A stretch of DNA of 64,000 bases from Phycisphaerae bacterium (GCA_041478555.1 JBGOWI010000001.1:42073-106072), one strand, 5' to 3'. Numbered from the stretch's first letter, positions 18,070-27,566 are shown. Notes: generated from the letters alone by a model not told the origin. A program made the numbers and translations.

Positions 18070-18212
18070 AAAACGTAGAACGGTTGAGGTTGCGAGGCTC
18101 GAAAAGAAAATAAAAAGTAAAAGGTAAAAAATAAAAACCACAGATTAAAAATTAAAAAATAGGTAAACGTCTCCTATTTATTCTGTTTATTATTCTAATC
18201 TGAGTTTTGCAC

Positions 18213-18701
18213 ATGAGAATCAGGATTTGGAAAAATTTGGCTAACATAAGATTTAAAGCGTTCTATACTAGCGAGTGTGCACACTTGAGTTATCATGCAG
18301 GTAATATAATCTCCTTTATTTTAGCTTTTGCATCTGCTTCAAGCGTTGCAGCTTGGGTGATGTGGGATAAATTTCCTTGGTTATGGGCTGGGATAGTTGC
18401 ATTTTCACAGCTACTTCATGTTGCAAAACCCTATTTGCCATATGTAAAAAACGAAAGGGATTATATTGAAATGTCCTTTGAGTATGAATATTTGTATATG
18501 AAATATGAGAAACTCTGGCATGAATACGAAAAGAAATATCTGGATGACAGACAGACCGAAGAACAGTTTTATCAGCTCAGAAATAAAGAAATTGAGATTG
18601 AGAGTAATCATAAATTAGTATATTGCCCAGAGATTAAATGGATAATGAATAAGGCAGAAAATAAAACAATAACTGCATTAAAATTGAATTTTTGTTTATA
18701 A
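18213..18701 (+). CDS. hypothetical 2-TM protein, possibly SLATT-like
   Basis: An N-terminal amphipathic helix, then a TM hairpin (IISFILAFASASSVAAWVMW / WLWAGIVAFSQLLHVA), then a charged helical tail (EYEYLYMKYEKLWHEYEKKY). The SLATT idea comes from architecture only. Confidence 0.5.
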   Translation: MRIRIWKNLANIRFKAFYTSECAHLSYHAGNIISFILAFASASSVAAWVMWDKFPWLWAGIVAFSQLLHVAKPYLPYVKNERDYIEMSFEYEYLYMKYEKLWHEYEKKYLDDRQTEEQFYQLRNKEIEIESNHKLVYCPEIKWIMNKAENKTITALKLNFCL

Positions 18702-18711
18702 AGGATGAATT

Positions 18712-18861
18712 ATGAATGAAAGCGAGCATCCCAAACAACCACCGCCACCACCTCCACCACCGACACATCCACAACCCTCTCCTATACCACCAGATCATCA
18801 GAGAGGGGTGCCAAATATGCCAAACATACCACCGCCACCACCTCGTCCACCACAAAACTAG
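18712..18861 (+). CDS. 49-aa proline-rich micro-ORF (not in the ORF track)
   Basis: AAGGA lies 6 nt before the ATG at 18712. MNESEHPKQPPPPPPPPTHPQPSPIPPDHQRGVPNMPNIPPPPPRPPQN, then TAG at 18859-18861. It starts 11 nt after the upstream stop. Confidence 0.4.
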   Translation: MNESEHPKQPPPPPPPPTHPQPSPIPPDHQRGVPNMPNIPPPPPRPPQN

Positions 18862-19031
18862 AGATATATTGCGGGCTTGAGTATTATAAGCAAAAAAGGA
18901 GGAAAAGACGTATTTTGTTGAATCGGCAGAGATTTTGGAAGATATGAAAAATCTTAAAAACAAACGGTTTTTCCGGATTTCGCCCACATGGTTAATACTA
19001 TAAACATTTTAGAGGAAAGTGAGTACCAAAC

Positions 19032-19757
19032 ATGGCTGCAGCGCATTTGTGTGTAGAGGAAGTCATCCAAGCATTGGTAGAATTGGGGGGAGAGGCCAAG
19101 TGGAGTGATATTCGAAAACTTGTTACAAAGAAACGTGGCAATTCCTATGCACCATACAAAGACTGGCTTAATTATCGCACTACTATGTTCCAACTCGTCC
19201 AGCAACATTGTGAAGGCTACGAGAAATTTATTGGCCCAATTCTTTTTCAAAAAGTCCACAAAGGACGATTCTTATTAGTCTCGACACAGCCTAAAGTATC
19301 GCTCACCACAGGCATAGATATAACTCATGATAACGACAAAGACTTCGTACGTATATTACCTATGAGCTTGACTCCGATCGCTGCGGATATTGCTGAACCA
19401 CCGATGCGTATGTCGTCGGAGATATATCGTATTCTTCGAGACACTAAACTGGCCCGTGAGGTCAAGGTAAGCCATGGGTTTCAGTGTCAAGTTTGTCATA
19501 ATCCTCCGTTGAAACTAAGTGACATTAAATTCTATGCAGAAGTTCATCATATCAAGCCACTCGGATCGCCGCACAATGGTCCCGATATCCAAGAGAATAT
19601 CTTGTGCGTATGTCCCAATTGTCACGTTCTCCTTGATTATGGAGCTATCTTGCTCGATCTCGGCCAGTTAAGTACTTCTACAACCCATACTATAGGCCGC
19701 AAATATGTCGACTATCATAACCAACAAGTCTTCCGGAAGGTTAAAATTGAGGGTTAA
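19032..19757 (+). CDS. HNH endonuclease with N-terminal winged-helix (Mrr_N-like) domain
   Basis: CQVCHNPPL...EVHHIKPLGSPHNGPDIQENILCVCPNCHVLLD is an HNH/McrA-type Cys4 plus His-Asn-His core. The N-terminal EEVIQALVELGGEAKWSDIRKLV is wHTH-like. Confidence 0.75.
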   Translation: MAAAHLCVEEVIQALVELGGEAKWSDIRKLVTKKRGNSYAPYKDWLNYRTTMFQLVQQHCEGYEKFIGPILFQKVHKGRFLLVSTQPKVSLTTGIDITHDNDKDFVRILPMSLTPIAADIAEPPMRMSSEIYRILRDTKLAREVKVSHGFQCQVCHNPPLKLSDIKFYAEVHHIKPLGSPHNGPDIQENILCVCPNCHVLLDYGAILLDLGQLSTSTTHTIGRKYVDYHNQQVFRKVKIEG

Positions 19758-19808
19758 GAAACCAATTCTAGTGAATTTGGTGCAGGCTAACTAAAGATAA
19801 ACGTTAGC

Positions 19809-19838
19809 AACCATTTTGCGCGCATACGCAAAATGGTT
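19809..19838 (+). terminator. perfect 12-bp hairpin AACCATTTTGCG-CGCATA-CGCAAAATGGTT
   Basis: Read directly, about 50 nt after the stop at 19757. The T-run is weak (AATTTC). Confidence 0.45.
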
Positions 19839-19951
19839 AATTTCTAAACAAAACGGAGCCATTAGATTCAACAGACGCGGCCGCCAAGGTCGGAGAAGAA
19901 ATACCTTAAGACGATTTTTAACTGCCACCAGTGCGCTGAAACACTCGATAC

Positions 19952-19982
19952 TCGCCGAAAGGCGAAGTCTCGCCAAAGGCGG
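19952..19982. repeat. hairpin repeat TCGCCGAAAGGCGAAGTCTCGCCAAAGGCGG (copy 2)
   Basis: Same family as 2764-2794 but in the opposite orientation relative to its flanking GGTGGC..TAAAAA segment. Confidence 0.55.
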
Positions 19983-20110
19983 AAAAGCGATTTGAGTAAT
20001 GACGGGGAAATTAACGTACTCTGCTGCCACAATACAAATAAGTGCGGGGTTGACCAATCGTGTTCGTTCTGTTATCGTGTCCAACAGTTAATATATTTGG
20101 AGTAAGTAAA

Positions 20111-22258
20111 GTGAGCGCATTGTCGAGAGTATTCAGATACATCAAGCCTCAATGGCCGAGGGTTATTCTTGTCGTCCTGCTGGCTATTCTGATTGGCGTA
20201 TTGTTTTCAATCAGCTTTGCTACGATTCTGCCGCTGCTGAAGGTTATGATGGGCGAAGAGGGCCTCGGCGGCTGGGCCGACAGAAAGGTCTGTCAGTGGC
20301 GATACGGCGTTGAGTTTTACGTCCCTGAAACCGCAGATTTCACCGGTGCCGGCACCAAAGATATAGCATATTATCTTCTCGTTACAAATGTCAGGGAAAA
20401 CAGTCTCGCTCTGAAAGCCGGCATAAGAAAACAAGACAGAATTACCAGTGCAGAGACACAATCGGTACAAAACGCGAACGAAAGAATTTTTGCCTCTAAA
20501 ATACTTCAGAAACTTGCAGCGGCCGGCGGGGAGAGAAATCTGAAAATACAGTTAATGCGGATGGATTCGACGGGCGAACTTAAGCAGGTTGAACTCGAAA
20601 TGGAGCCCGGCATCAAGCAGGCCTATGTAAATTACGTGCAGCGGCTGGCAAGTGTCATGCCGCGTGAGCAGAGCAAACAAGCCAAGCAGCAAACCGTTGT
20701 GACAATTATTCTGCTTATGGTTGTGGTTACGATAATGCGATGTTTTGCCGGTTTCTCTCAGGAATATCTTGCCAATAAGGTAGTCCAGACTGCCGTTACA
20801 AATCTGCGGACGGATGTGTTTTCGCATTCGATGGAGTTGCCGCTCGGTTTCTTTTCAAGCGAAGGCACAAGCGATACGACCAGCAGGCTGATTAACGATA
20901 TCGGCGCAATAAGCAAAGGTGTTACTGTTCTGTTGGATAAAGCCCTGCGCGAACCGTTAAAAGCCATCGGAACTCTGGTCTTTGCATGGCTCATAAGCTG
21001 GCAGCTTACGCTGGTTTTTCTCGCCTGCGCACCTGCAACGGTAGCGCTCGGTGTTGTTCTGGGCAGAAAGATAAAAAAAGCCACCAGGAAGGCGCTTCTG
21101 AGCAGCGCCTTGATACTCGGCAAACTCGAAGAGGCAATGCGGGCAATAGCAGTTGTAAAGGTTTATAATCGTCAGGATTATGAACGCCAGGTATTCAGCG
21201 GTGTAAACGCGACATTTTTGCGCAGGGTGCTTCGAGGCGTAAAGATTGACGCGGCAACGGGGCCGATAATGGAAGTGCTCGGAATGTTTGCAGGCTCGGC
21301 GGCTCTTATAGTCGGAGTTTACTGGGTTACGAGCGCTAAGATGGACCCGAGCGCATTTTTTACTCTGCTTGTAATGCTCGGAGCCACGGCTGAATCAATG
21401 AGGAAAACCAGCGATGTCTGGAACAAGGTTCAGCAGGGAAATGCTGCTGCGGAAAGAATCTTTGCTGTTGTTGATATGCCTGTCGAGCCTGAGAAAGAAA
21501 ATGCTGTATCAATCGGTGCGCTGAAAAAGCAAATTGAATTCAAGAACGTATCATTTTCATATCCCAAGAGCGACAGAAAGGTTTTGCGGGATTTAAACCT
21601 CACTATCGACGCGGGCCAAACCGTCGCTGTCGTTGGACCAAACGGTGCCGGTAAAACGACCCTGGTAAATCTTCTGCCGCGATTTTATGACCTACAGGCC
21701 GGACAGGTGCTTTTAGATGCGGTTGATATCAGGGATATAAGCCTGAAAAGTCTGAGAAGCCAGATAAGCATGGTCAGTCAGCAAGTTATTACATTTAATG
21801 ATACCGTTGCTGCAAATATCGGCTACGGCAAGACAGATGCTACTATGGATGAAATTATAGCTGCTGCCAAGAGAGCTTATGTGCATGAATTTATCGAGCC
21901 GCTGCCGGATGGTTACAATACGGTTATCGGCGAGCACAGCACAGGTTTCAGCGGCGGGCAGCTGCAGAGAATCATAATCGCAAGGGCGATACTGAAAAAC
22001 CCGTCCATTCTGATTTTTGACGAGGCAATGAGCCAGGTCGATGCAGACAGCGAAGCAAAAATACACAAGGCGCTCGCTGGAATTATGCGCAACAGGACCT
22101 GTTTTATAATAGCTCACAGATTCAGTACGGTTATGTCGGCAGACAGAATTGTTGTTATGAATAACGGCGGAATTGTTGCTCAGGGTGTTCACGAAGAACT
22201 TGTCAAGGACTGCACCTTATACAAGAGCCTGTATGAAACACAATTGATTGTAACTTGA
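20111..22258 (+). CDS. MsbA-like ABC exporter (fused permease/ATPase) with an extra-cytoplasmic insertion
   Basis: Walker A GPNGAGKTT, signature FSGGQLQR, Walker B ILIFDEA. GTG at 20111 lies behind TGGAG. About 150 aa lie between TM1 and TM2, including the PDZ-like stretch ENSLALKAGIRKQDRITS. Confidence 0.8.
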   Translation: MSALSRVFRYIKPQWPRVILVVLLAILIGVLFSISFATILPLLKVMMGEEGLGGWADRKVCQWRYGVEFYVPETADFTGAGTKDIAYYLLVTNVRENSLALKAGIRKQDRITSAETQSVQNANERIFASKILQKLAAAGGERNLKIQLMRMDSTGELKQVELEMEPGIKQAYVNYVQRLASVMPREQSKQAKQQTVVTIILLMVVVTIMRCFAGFSQEYLANKVVQTAVTNLRTDVFSHSMELPLGFFSSEGTSDTTSRLINDIGAISKGVTVLLDKALREPLKAIGTLVFAWLISWQLTLVFLACAPATVALGVVLGRKIKKATRKALLSSALILGKLEEAMRAIAVVKVYNRQDYERQVFSGVNATFLRRVLRGVKIDAATGPIMEVLGMFAGSAALIVGVYWVTSAKMDPSAFFTLLVMLGATAESMRKTSDVWNKVQQGNAAAERIFAVVDMPVEPEKENAVSIGALKKQIEFKNVSFSYPKSDRKVLRDLNLTIDAGQTVAVVGPNGAGKTTLVNLLPRFYDLQAGQVLLDAVDIRDISLKSLRSQISMVSQQVITFNDTVAANIGYGKTDATMDEIIAAAKRAYVHEFIEPLPDGYNTVIGEHSTGFSGGQLQRIIIARAILKNPSILIFDEAMSQVDADSEAKIHKALAGIMRNRTCFIIAHRFSTVMSADRIVVMNNGGIVAQGVHEELVKDCTLYKSLYETQLIVT

Positions 22259-22300
22259 TTGCAACAACTACAGCGGACATCGGATATAAGGTAATTTGTT

Positions 22301-23464
22301 GTGCCTAATATCAGGTCAATAGCAGATATAAAGACGGCAATCGATTTTGAGTCGGTTCTTGTAAACAAGTTCTCAGGGTTTTATACGTTCGGGACAGGTC
22401 TGCTGGAAGGATTTGCAAGACTTAAAGAAAGACCGCAACTGATATTGTTTTGCTCATGCCATTTTGCAGAGGACGCAAAAAAAATAATTGAAGATAAATA
22501 TCAGAGCATAACAGAACTTAAAGTTCTTAAGATAAAGATGGGATGGCTGGAGAATTTCTGGAATCATTTTAATTGCCCTAAACTGGAGCGTTGGACGGGT
22601 GATTTTGATATCTATCATTGTTTTCATCATTTGATGCCACCGACCAGGGGTAAACCTCGCCTGATGACAGTTCATGACCTGCGACGATATAAGCTGCCGC
22701 AATTGTACGTCAAATCAAAGCTCGGTCTTTTTGAGGCTGCTGTTAAAAAAGCAGACCATTTTCTGACTGTATCTCAGTCAACAAAAGAAGATTTGTGTTC
22801 GGTGTTCGGAATAGCCGAAGATAAAGTTGATGTCGTACCACTGGCATCAGGAATTGACCCTGTCTTTTACTCGGAATACGAAAAAAAAGGTATTAAGAAC
22901 GAGCTGGAGAAAAAAATTGCGCAAAAGCTACAGGATTATATTGTTGTTATTTCATCACCGGACAGCCGTAAAAATATACCGCGAATAGTTGAAGCGTTCC
23001 AGGTTGCGCAGAAGTTTTTGCCCGAAGGGTTAAAACTTGTTGTGGTAGGACAGCTTGCCAAGAAGGAGCGTGAGTTTGTGCGAAAGTTGAGGGTCAATTA
23101 TTATCCTAATGTTGTCTGGGCGGGAGTTGTTGATGACCTGCGGCCATGGCTCGGCTGTGCAAAGGCGTTAATTTTTGCCAGTCTTTATGAAGGTTTTGGA
23201 ATCCCTATACTCGAAGCATTTGCCTGCGGCACAGCGGTAATTACCTCAAACTGTTCATCAATGCCGGAAGTCGCCGGTGATGCGGCCTTGTATGTTAACC
23301 CATTAAGTACAGAATCTATAGCTGACGCGATTGTAAAAATTTTAAATGATGAGCCACTGAGACAAAAACTCATCGCGGCGGGAAGAGAAAGAAACAAGCT
23401 CTTTACGTGGCAGAAAACCGCACAGAAAGTTATAAAGGTTTATGAAAAGTTGGCAGGAATTTAG
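22301..23464 (+). CDS. glycosyltransferase family 4 (GT-B)
   Basis: EGFGIPILEAFACGTAVITSNCSSMPEVAGDAALYVNP is the E-x7-E GT4 motif region. Confidence 0.8.
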   Translation: MPNIRSIADIKTAIDFESVLVNKFSGFYTFGTGLLEGFARLKERPQLILFCSCHFAEDAKKIIEDKYQSITELKVLKIKMGWLENFWNHFNCPKLERWTGDFDIYHCFHHLMPPTRGKPRLMTVHDLRRYKLPQLYVKSKLGLFEAAVKKADHFLTVSQSTKEDLCSVFGIAEDKVDVVPLASGIDPVFYSEYEKKGIKNELEKKIAQKLQDYIVVISSPDSRKNIPRIVEAFQVAQKFLPEGLKLVVVGQLAKKEREFVRKLRVNYYPNVVWAGVVDDLRPWLGCAKALIFASLYEGFGIPILEAFACGTAVITSNCSSMPEVAGDAALYVNPLSTESIADAIVKILNDEPLRQKLIAAGRERNKLFTWQKTAQKVIKVYEKLAGI

Positions 23465-23820
23465 CAGAAAAGGACTTTCGATGCGGTGATTATACGTTAA
23501 TGCCGATTCGACTCTTTAACAGTTCGCTGAGCTTCTGCATAATAAGTTCGGGGGTTTATCTCGGTTTCATAGATTTTTCAAGTCTTTTTATAATTGCATT
23601 ATGGCCCAATTTATGTATAATGTCGTCTTCAGGATTTGTAATTGCCGAGTAAGAATGAGCACAACTGGAACGAGTCAGCATAATACCGTTATCTGTCCGT
23701 GGGCTAAAACTGTAAAAGAAGCCGAAAAAAATATCCAAAACATTTTTTTTCGATATCACTGGGCAAATGAGCATTTCAATAGTTATGAGGGTAGTTTTTT
23801 AGTAATGAGCAAGACTGCCA

Positions 23821-24702
23821 ATGCCACAAGTTAGCGTAATAATACCAACTTACAATAGAAGTGTCCTTGTAAAAGAGGCTGTCGAGAGCGTCCTGGCTCA
23901 GACGCTTGGCGATTTGGAGGTGCTGGTTGTTGACGACGGCTCAACCGATGGCACCAGAAAAACCATTGAGGCAATCGCAGATAAACGGGTGAGATATTTT
24001 TATAAGGAAAATGGCGGTGTCTCAAGCGCAAAAAACATTGGACTGAAAAAAGCAACGGGTGAGTATTTAGCATTTCTGGACTCTGATGATTTGTGGGAGC
24101 CTGATTATCTGAACACAATGATTTCGGCGATAGAAAAAGATGAAAAGTATGGCGCAGCTTACACAACTTTGGACCAATACTATACAGATGGAAGCATTAC
24201 AAAAAGATACAGGGAAAAACATTGTGTTTCCGGCAAAATAACCTGTAATTTCTTTAATGTGAATTTTATATGGATACAGGCGCTGGTTGTCAGAAAAAAA
24301 GTTCTGGATGGTTGTTCTTTTGATGAAAAATTGTTAAGTTGCGGAGATATAGATTTTATATTAAGGCTCACGCTGAAAACCGAAATTCTGTATGTTGAAG
24401 GCAGTCTGGTAAAAAGAAGGGTGCAGCTAAACAGCATTTGCAGAGTGAACGATGGATGTCTTGTGAGCATCAACAAGGCATTTGTGCTGGAGCGCTTCTA
24501 TAACGAAAATAAAGAAGTCTTCTCTGATAAATCAAACGCCTGTAAGAAAATTTCAGGGACATACAGGGAGATAGGGGAGAGATATTACAACAAAAAAGAT
24601 TTTCAAAACGCTATTTGCTCAGCCAAAAAAGCAATCCACTACAACAAAGTAAATATTAAAAATTATATCCTGGCAGCTAAATCATTTTTGAGTTTAAAGT
24701 AA
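23821..24702 (+). CDS. glycosyltransferase family 2
   Basis: VSVIIPTYNR ... VVDDGSTDGT ... FLDSDD are the GT-A DxD-type motifs. Confidence 0.85.
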   Translation: MPQVSVIIPTYNRSVLVKEAVESVLAQTLGDLEVLVVDDGSTDGTRKTIEAIADKRVRYFYKENGGVSSAKNIGLKKATGEYLAFLDSDDLWEPDYLNTMISAIEKDEKYGAAYTTLDQYYTDGSITKRYREKHCVSGKITCNFFNVNFIWIQALVVRKKVLDGCSFDEKLLSCGDIDFILRLTLKTEILYVEGSLVKRRVQLNSICRVNDGCLVSINKAFVLERFYNENKEVFSDKSNACKKISGTYREIGERYYNKKDFQNAICSAKKAIHYNKVNIKNYILAAKSFLSLK

Positions 24703-25839
24703 AGAAATTCTGTTTTCAATTTCTGTATCGTAAATTTTTTCCTCTCTTTTTATTGCCACGCTGTGGCGGAAGTTTTCACGAATCTGCTCTTTTGCGGCGG
24801 CAATCATTTTTATTTTCTCATCATCCGGCATATTCGCAGTCTTCAGCATCGCCAGGTAAAGAGCGTTGGAATCCCGCGGCTCAACAAGAAATCCATATTT
24901 GCCGTTATCGAGTATCTCCGGTATCCCGCCAGCGTTTGACGCGATGCACAAAATGCCTGCCGCCATTGCCTCCATAAGCCCTCGCGGCAAGCCCTCGGCA
25001 ATCGACGACAAGACAAAAATATCTATCGCGGAATAAAACTCTGGCATATTATTGATTTTGCCAAGAAAATGAACCGAATCAGCCAGACCGGCTTCCGCGG
25101 CCTGTTTTTCAAGCTCATCTTTCAATTCGCCTGTACCAGCGAAAAGCAGCAGGGAATTTGGCATCTGTTTTTTCACCTGCGCAAAAGCATCAATTAAAAA
25201 TTTTTGTCCTTTTGTCTCTGTCAATCTGCCGGCAGTTCCAAAAACCAAAGCATCTTTTTTTATGCCAAATTTTTCAGACCGTATAATATCGCTTTTTGTA
25301 ACTTTAGAAAATTTATCATAATCTATGGAATTCCCCACAGAAATAACTTTTTCGGGGTCAACCGAAGGATTGTTTAAAATGATATCCTTTTTTACAGCTT
25401 CTCCGACAGTCAATATCCTGCTAACCCATCTGAAAATTACACTATTTATAAGCCGTCTGCCAGGATTTTTGGTTCGTCCTGTGCCGTGGACATGTGCAAG
25501 AATAATGGGAACGCCAGCAAGTTTTGCAGCGAAAACTCCATGGACAGTGGCTTTGTGTTGGTGGCAGTGAACAATGTCAACTTTCTCTGCCTTAAGTAAT
25601 CGAGATAATTTCCAGATTATTATTGGGCTAAAAGATGGTGCGTATTTTTTTAATGAAACATAAAGGACTTTTTTTCCTTTTTGCTCAAATATATTCGGAT
25701 TTTTAAGGTCTTTTGCGTTGTACACAAATATCATTTCATATTTTTCAGGGTTAATCCCTAAAAATACAGGCATTCTTGACGGAATATGGCCTTCATCTTT
25801 TGAAAAAAGTCTTGCTACAATAATTTTTCCATCACGCAT
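24694..25839 (-). CDS. glycosyltransferase family 4
   Basis: EGLPRGLMEAMAAGILCIASNAGGIPEIL. Start chosen at the ATG at 25839 (MRDGKIIV) behind AAGGAAA; the track ORF extends to 25944. Confidence 0.8.
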   Translation of the reverse strand: MRDGKIIVARLFSKDEGHIPSRMPVFLGINPEKYEMIFVYNAKDLKNPNIFEQKGKKVLYVSLKKYAPSFSPIIIWKLSRLLKAEKVDIVHCHQHKATVHGVFAAKLAGVPIILAHVHGTGRTKNPGRRLINSVIFRWVSRILTVGEAVKKDIILNNPSVDPEKVISVGNSIDYDKFSKVTKSDIIRSEKFGIKKDALVFGTAGRLTETKGQKFLIDAFAQVKKQMPNSLLLFAGTGELKDELEKQAAEAGLADSVHFLGKINNMPEFYSAIDIFVLSSIAEGLPRGLMEAMAAGILCIASNAGGIPEILDNGKYGFLVEPRDSNALYLAMLKTANMPDDEKIKMIAAAKEQIRENFRHSVAIKREEKIYDTEIENRISLL

Positions 25840-26093
25840 ATTTGTTTTCCTTAACGGCTCAGAGTATATTTGCCGGACGGGGCATTCTATATCCGCAGGC
25901 GAAAAACAGCAATCCATTTTCCCTTCAAATGCAACTCCTAACATAGGGGAAACAGGTACTTCGTACCCTGTTCCCCCTGAAATTTCTATAAATTTATTTT
26001 ATTGCCTTTTTCTGATATTATGAGACAATAACAATTCGCTGAACTGTGCAAGCAGAGCATATATTACAAAGTCGGAGTACCGGGAGATTTCTG

Positions 26094-27536
26094 GTGTTTC
26101 GGGTTAATCGCAAGATAGTAGCGTGGGGGATAACTGTTATTTTATGTACCGTCTGTATTGCGGTAGTTTGCGGCGTGCGCGCTAAGAAATCGTGCTGCTC
26201 TGAACCGCCAAAAGTTTTTTCCGCTCCTGATGTTTGTAGCCCTGCTGAGACTACTGATAAACCGCTTCCAGAATATACCCAAATTGGCCTTCCACCACAA
26301 CCCGTTAAAAACGTAAACTTAGAACCTACCCCCGTAGTAGAACCAAACTCGCCTGCTTTACCTGCAGAGCCAAACAAGGAACAGATAAAAAAAATGGTGA
26401 TGGCTAAAATCGCGGCTGCAATCTCTGGTAGCAACAAGGGGGCAAAGGTACGCAGAGACAGGACGAAATTATTTGCGGTTTTGCACGATGAGACCAGTCC
26501 TCTGAAAAAACGCTGCAATGCTGCATTTATCCTTGCCAGAGAGGCCAATGATACAACGTTTTATCAGTTTCAGGATATGTTTTATGATGCACAAACCCCT
26601 TCGGAATTGAAAGCCGCCATATTGGCTGGAATAGGATATTCAGACGATCCTGCGAAAATTGAGCTGATTAGGGATGGTCTCAAGGATAGTAATGAGGATG
26701 TTGTGTGCGGTGCAATAAGAGGGTTGCAGGGATTTTCAGAAGATTATGCGGTTGATATGCTTTCTGATTTTGTCAATTCTGAGGATGCCGCAGAAAGAGT
26801 TAAAAATGAAGCTATTTCGAGCCTTGGAGGTATACAAAATCCAGCTTCTATAAAAGTCCTTACGGACGCATATTATGCGTTTTTAAAAGCCGGCAACAAT
26901 AATTTCTCAACCGAAATCATCGCAGCGGCAGGACAAAAAGATTTCAGCCAGACACAGGCGTTTTTTACAGATGTACTTAAAAACAGCGGAACTGATGTTT
27001 CATCTCGTCTTGCGGTTGCTGAGGCTCTCGAAAATTCTGACGGTCAGGTAAGTTCTATATTAACATCTCTGCTCCACGACTCAGATGGCGAAGTTAGGGC
27101 CGCCGCCGCGTGGAGTTTGGCCACAGCTACGGAAACCGGAGATATCTCAGCGGAATTACTGGCTGTGGTCAAACAGGAAACTGATTCCGAAACCAAGAAA
27201 AGGCTGTACCAGGCCTTGGGCAACCAGGAAAATATCAATGCAGCCGAAGTCATTCCCTCTATCACTGCGGAAACAGATATTTCCACAAAAATAGCGGGGT
27301 ATGATCTTGTTGCAACAGAACTCTATGAAAAAGACCCGCAAATTCAGGATTGGTTTGTAACTCAGGCTCTGCCGATACTTAAAGATACTGCCCTTAACGC
27401 TACAACTCTGAATACAAGATTAAGCGCTGTAATCGCGATAAAAAAAGCTGGGCTTGCACAAACTGAAGAGGTATTATCTGAAATTGCGGAAACCAGTAAA
27501 GATGAAAAAGTTATCCGGGCAACCGGATTAAAATAA
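26094..27536 (+). CDS. membrane-anchored HEAT-repeat protein
   Basis: N-terminal TM helix WGITVILCTVCIAVVCGV. Repeated HEAT-like units (LKDSNEDVVCGAIRGL, LHDSDGEVRAAAAWSL). The start is uncertain (26046 or 26094). Confidence 0.6.
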   Translation: MFRVNRKIVAWGITVILCTVCIAVVCGVRAKKSCCSEPPKVFSAPDVCSPAETTDKPLPEYTQIGLPPQPVKNVNLEPTPVVEPNSPALPAEPNKEQIKKMVMAKIAAAISGSNKGAKVRRDRTKLFAVLHDETSPLKKRCNAAFILAREANDTTFYQFQDMFYDAQTPSELKAAILAGIGYSDDPAKIELIRDGLKDSNEDVVCGAIRGLQGFSEDYAVDMLSDFVNSEDAAERVKNEAISSLGGIQNPASIKVLTDAYYAFLKAGNNNFSTEIIAAAGQKDFSQTQAFFTDVLKNSGTDVSSRLAVAEALENSDGQVSSILTSLLHDSDGEVRAAAAWSLATATETGDISAELLAVVKQETDSETKKRLYQALGNQENINAAEVIPSITAETDISTKIAGYDLVATELYEKDPQIQDWFVTQALPILKDTALNATTLNTRLSAVIAIKKAGLAQTEEVLSEIAETSKDEKVIRATGLK

Positions 27537-27566
27537 AGGAACTTAAATTTATTAGGAGAAAGAATT

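Larger units (their letters stand above)
16116..20110. other. AT-rich accessory island (two HNH nucleases plus small genes of unknown function)
   Basis: By eye it is clearly more AT-rich than both flanks (not computed). It sits between a hypothetical gene and the ABC exporter gene. No integrase or tRNA is present. Confidence 0.5.

Noticed and set aside
18634-18987. 117-aa minus-strand ORF rich in Trp/Arg (WWRWWRW)
   Set aside because: It is the reverse-complement shadow of the CCA/CCG proline codon runs of the plus-strand micro-ORF. It has no RBS and an implausible composition.
16132-20086. 8-nt direct repeat TGTCCAAC flanking the AT-rich island as an att or target-site duplication
   Set aside because: An 8-mer match within the roughly 50-nt border zones is not improbable by chance, and no integrase or transposase is present. 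It is mentioned in the island finding only as a weak clue.
23556-23834. Two overlapping ORFs of about 70 aa in the 356-nt gap between the GT4 and GT2 genes
   Set aside because: They have no RBS or recognisable motif. They may be debris of an older gene, but I cannot support a call.
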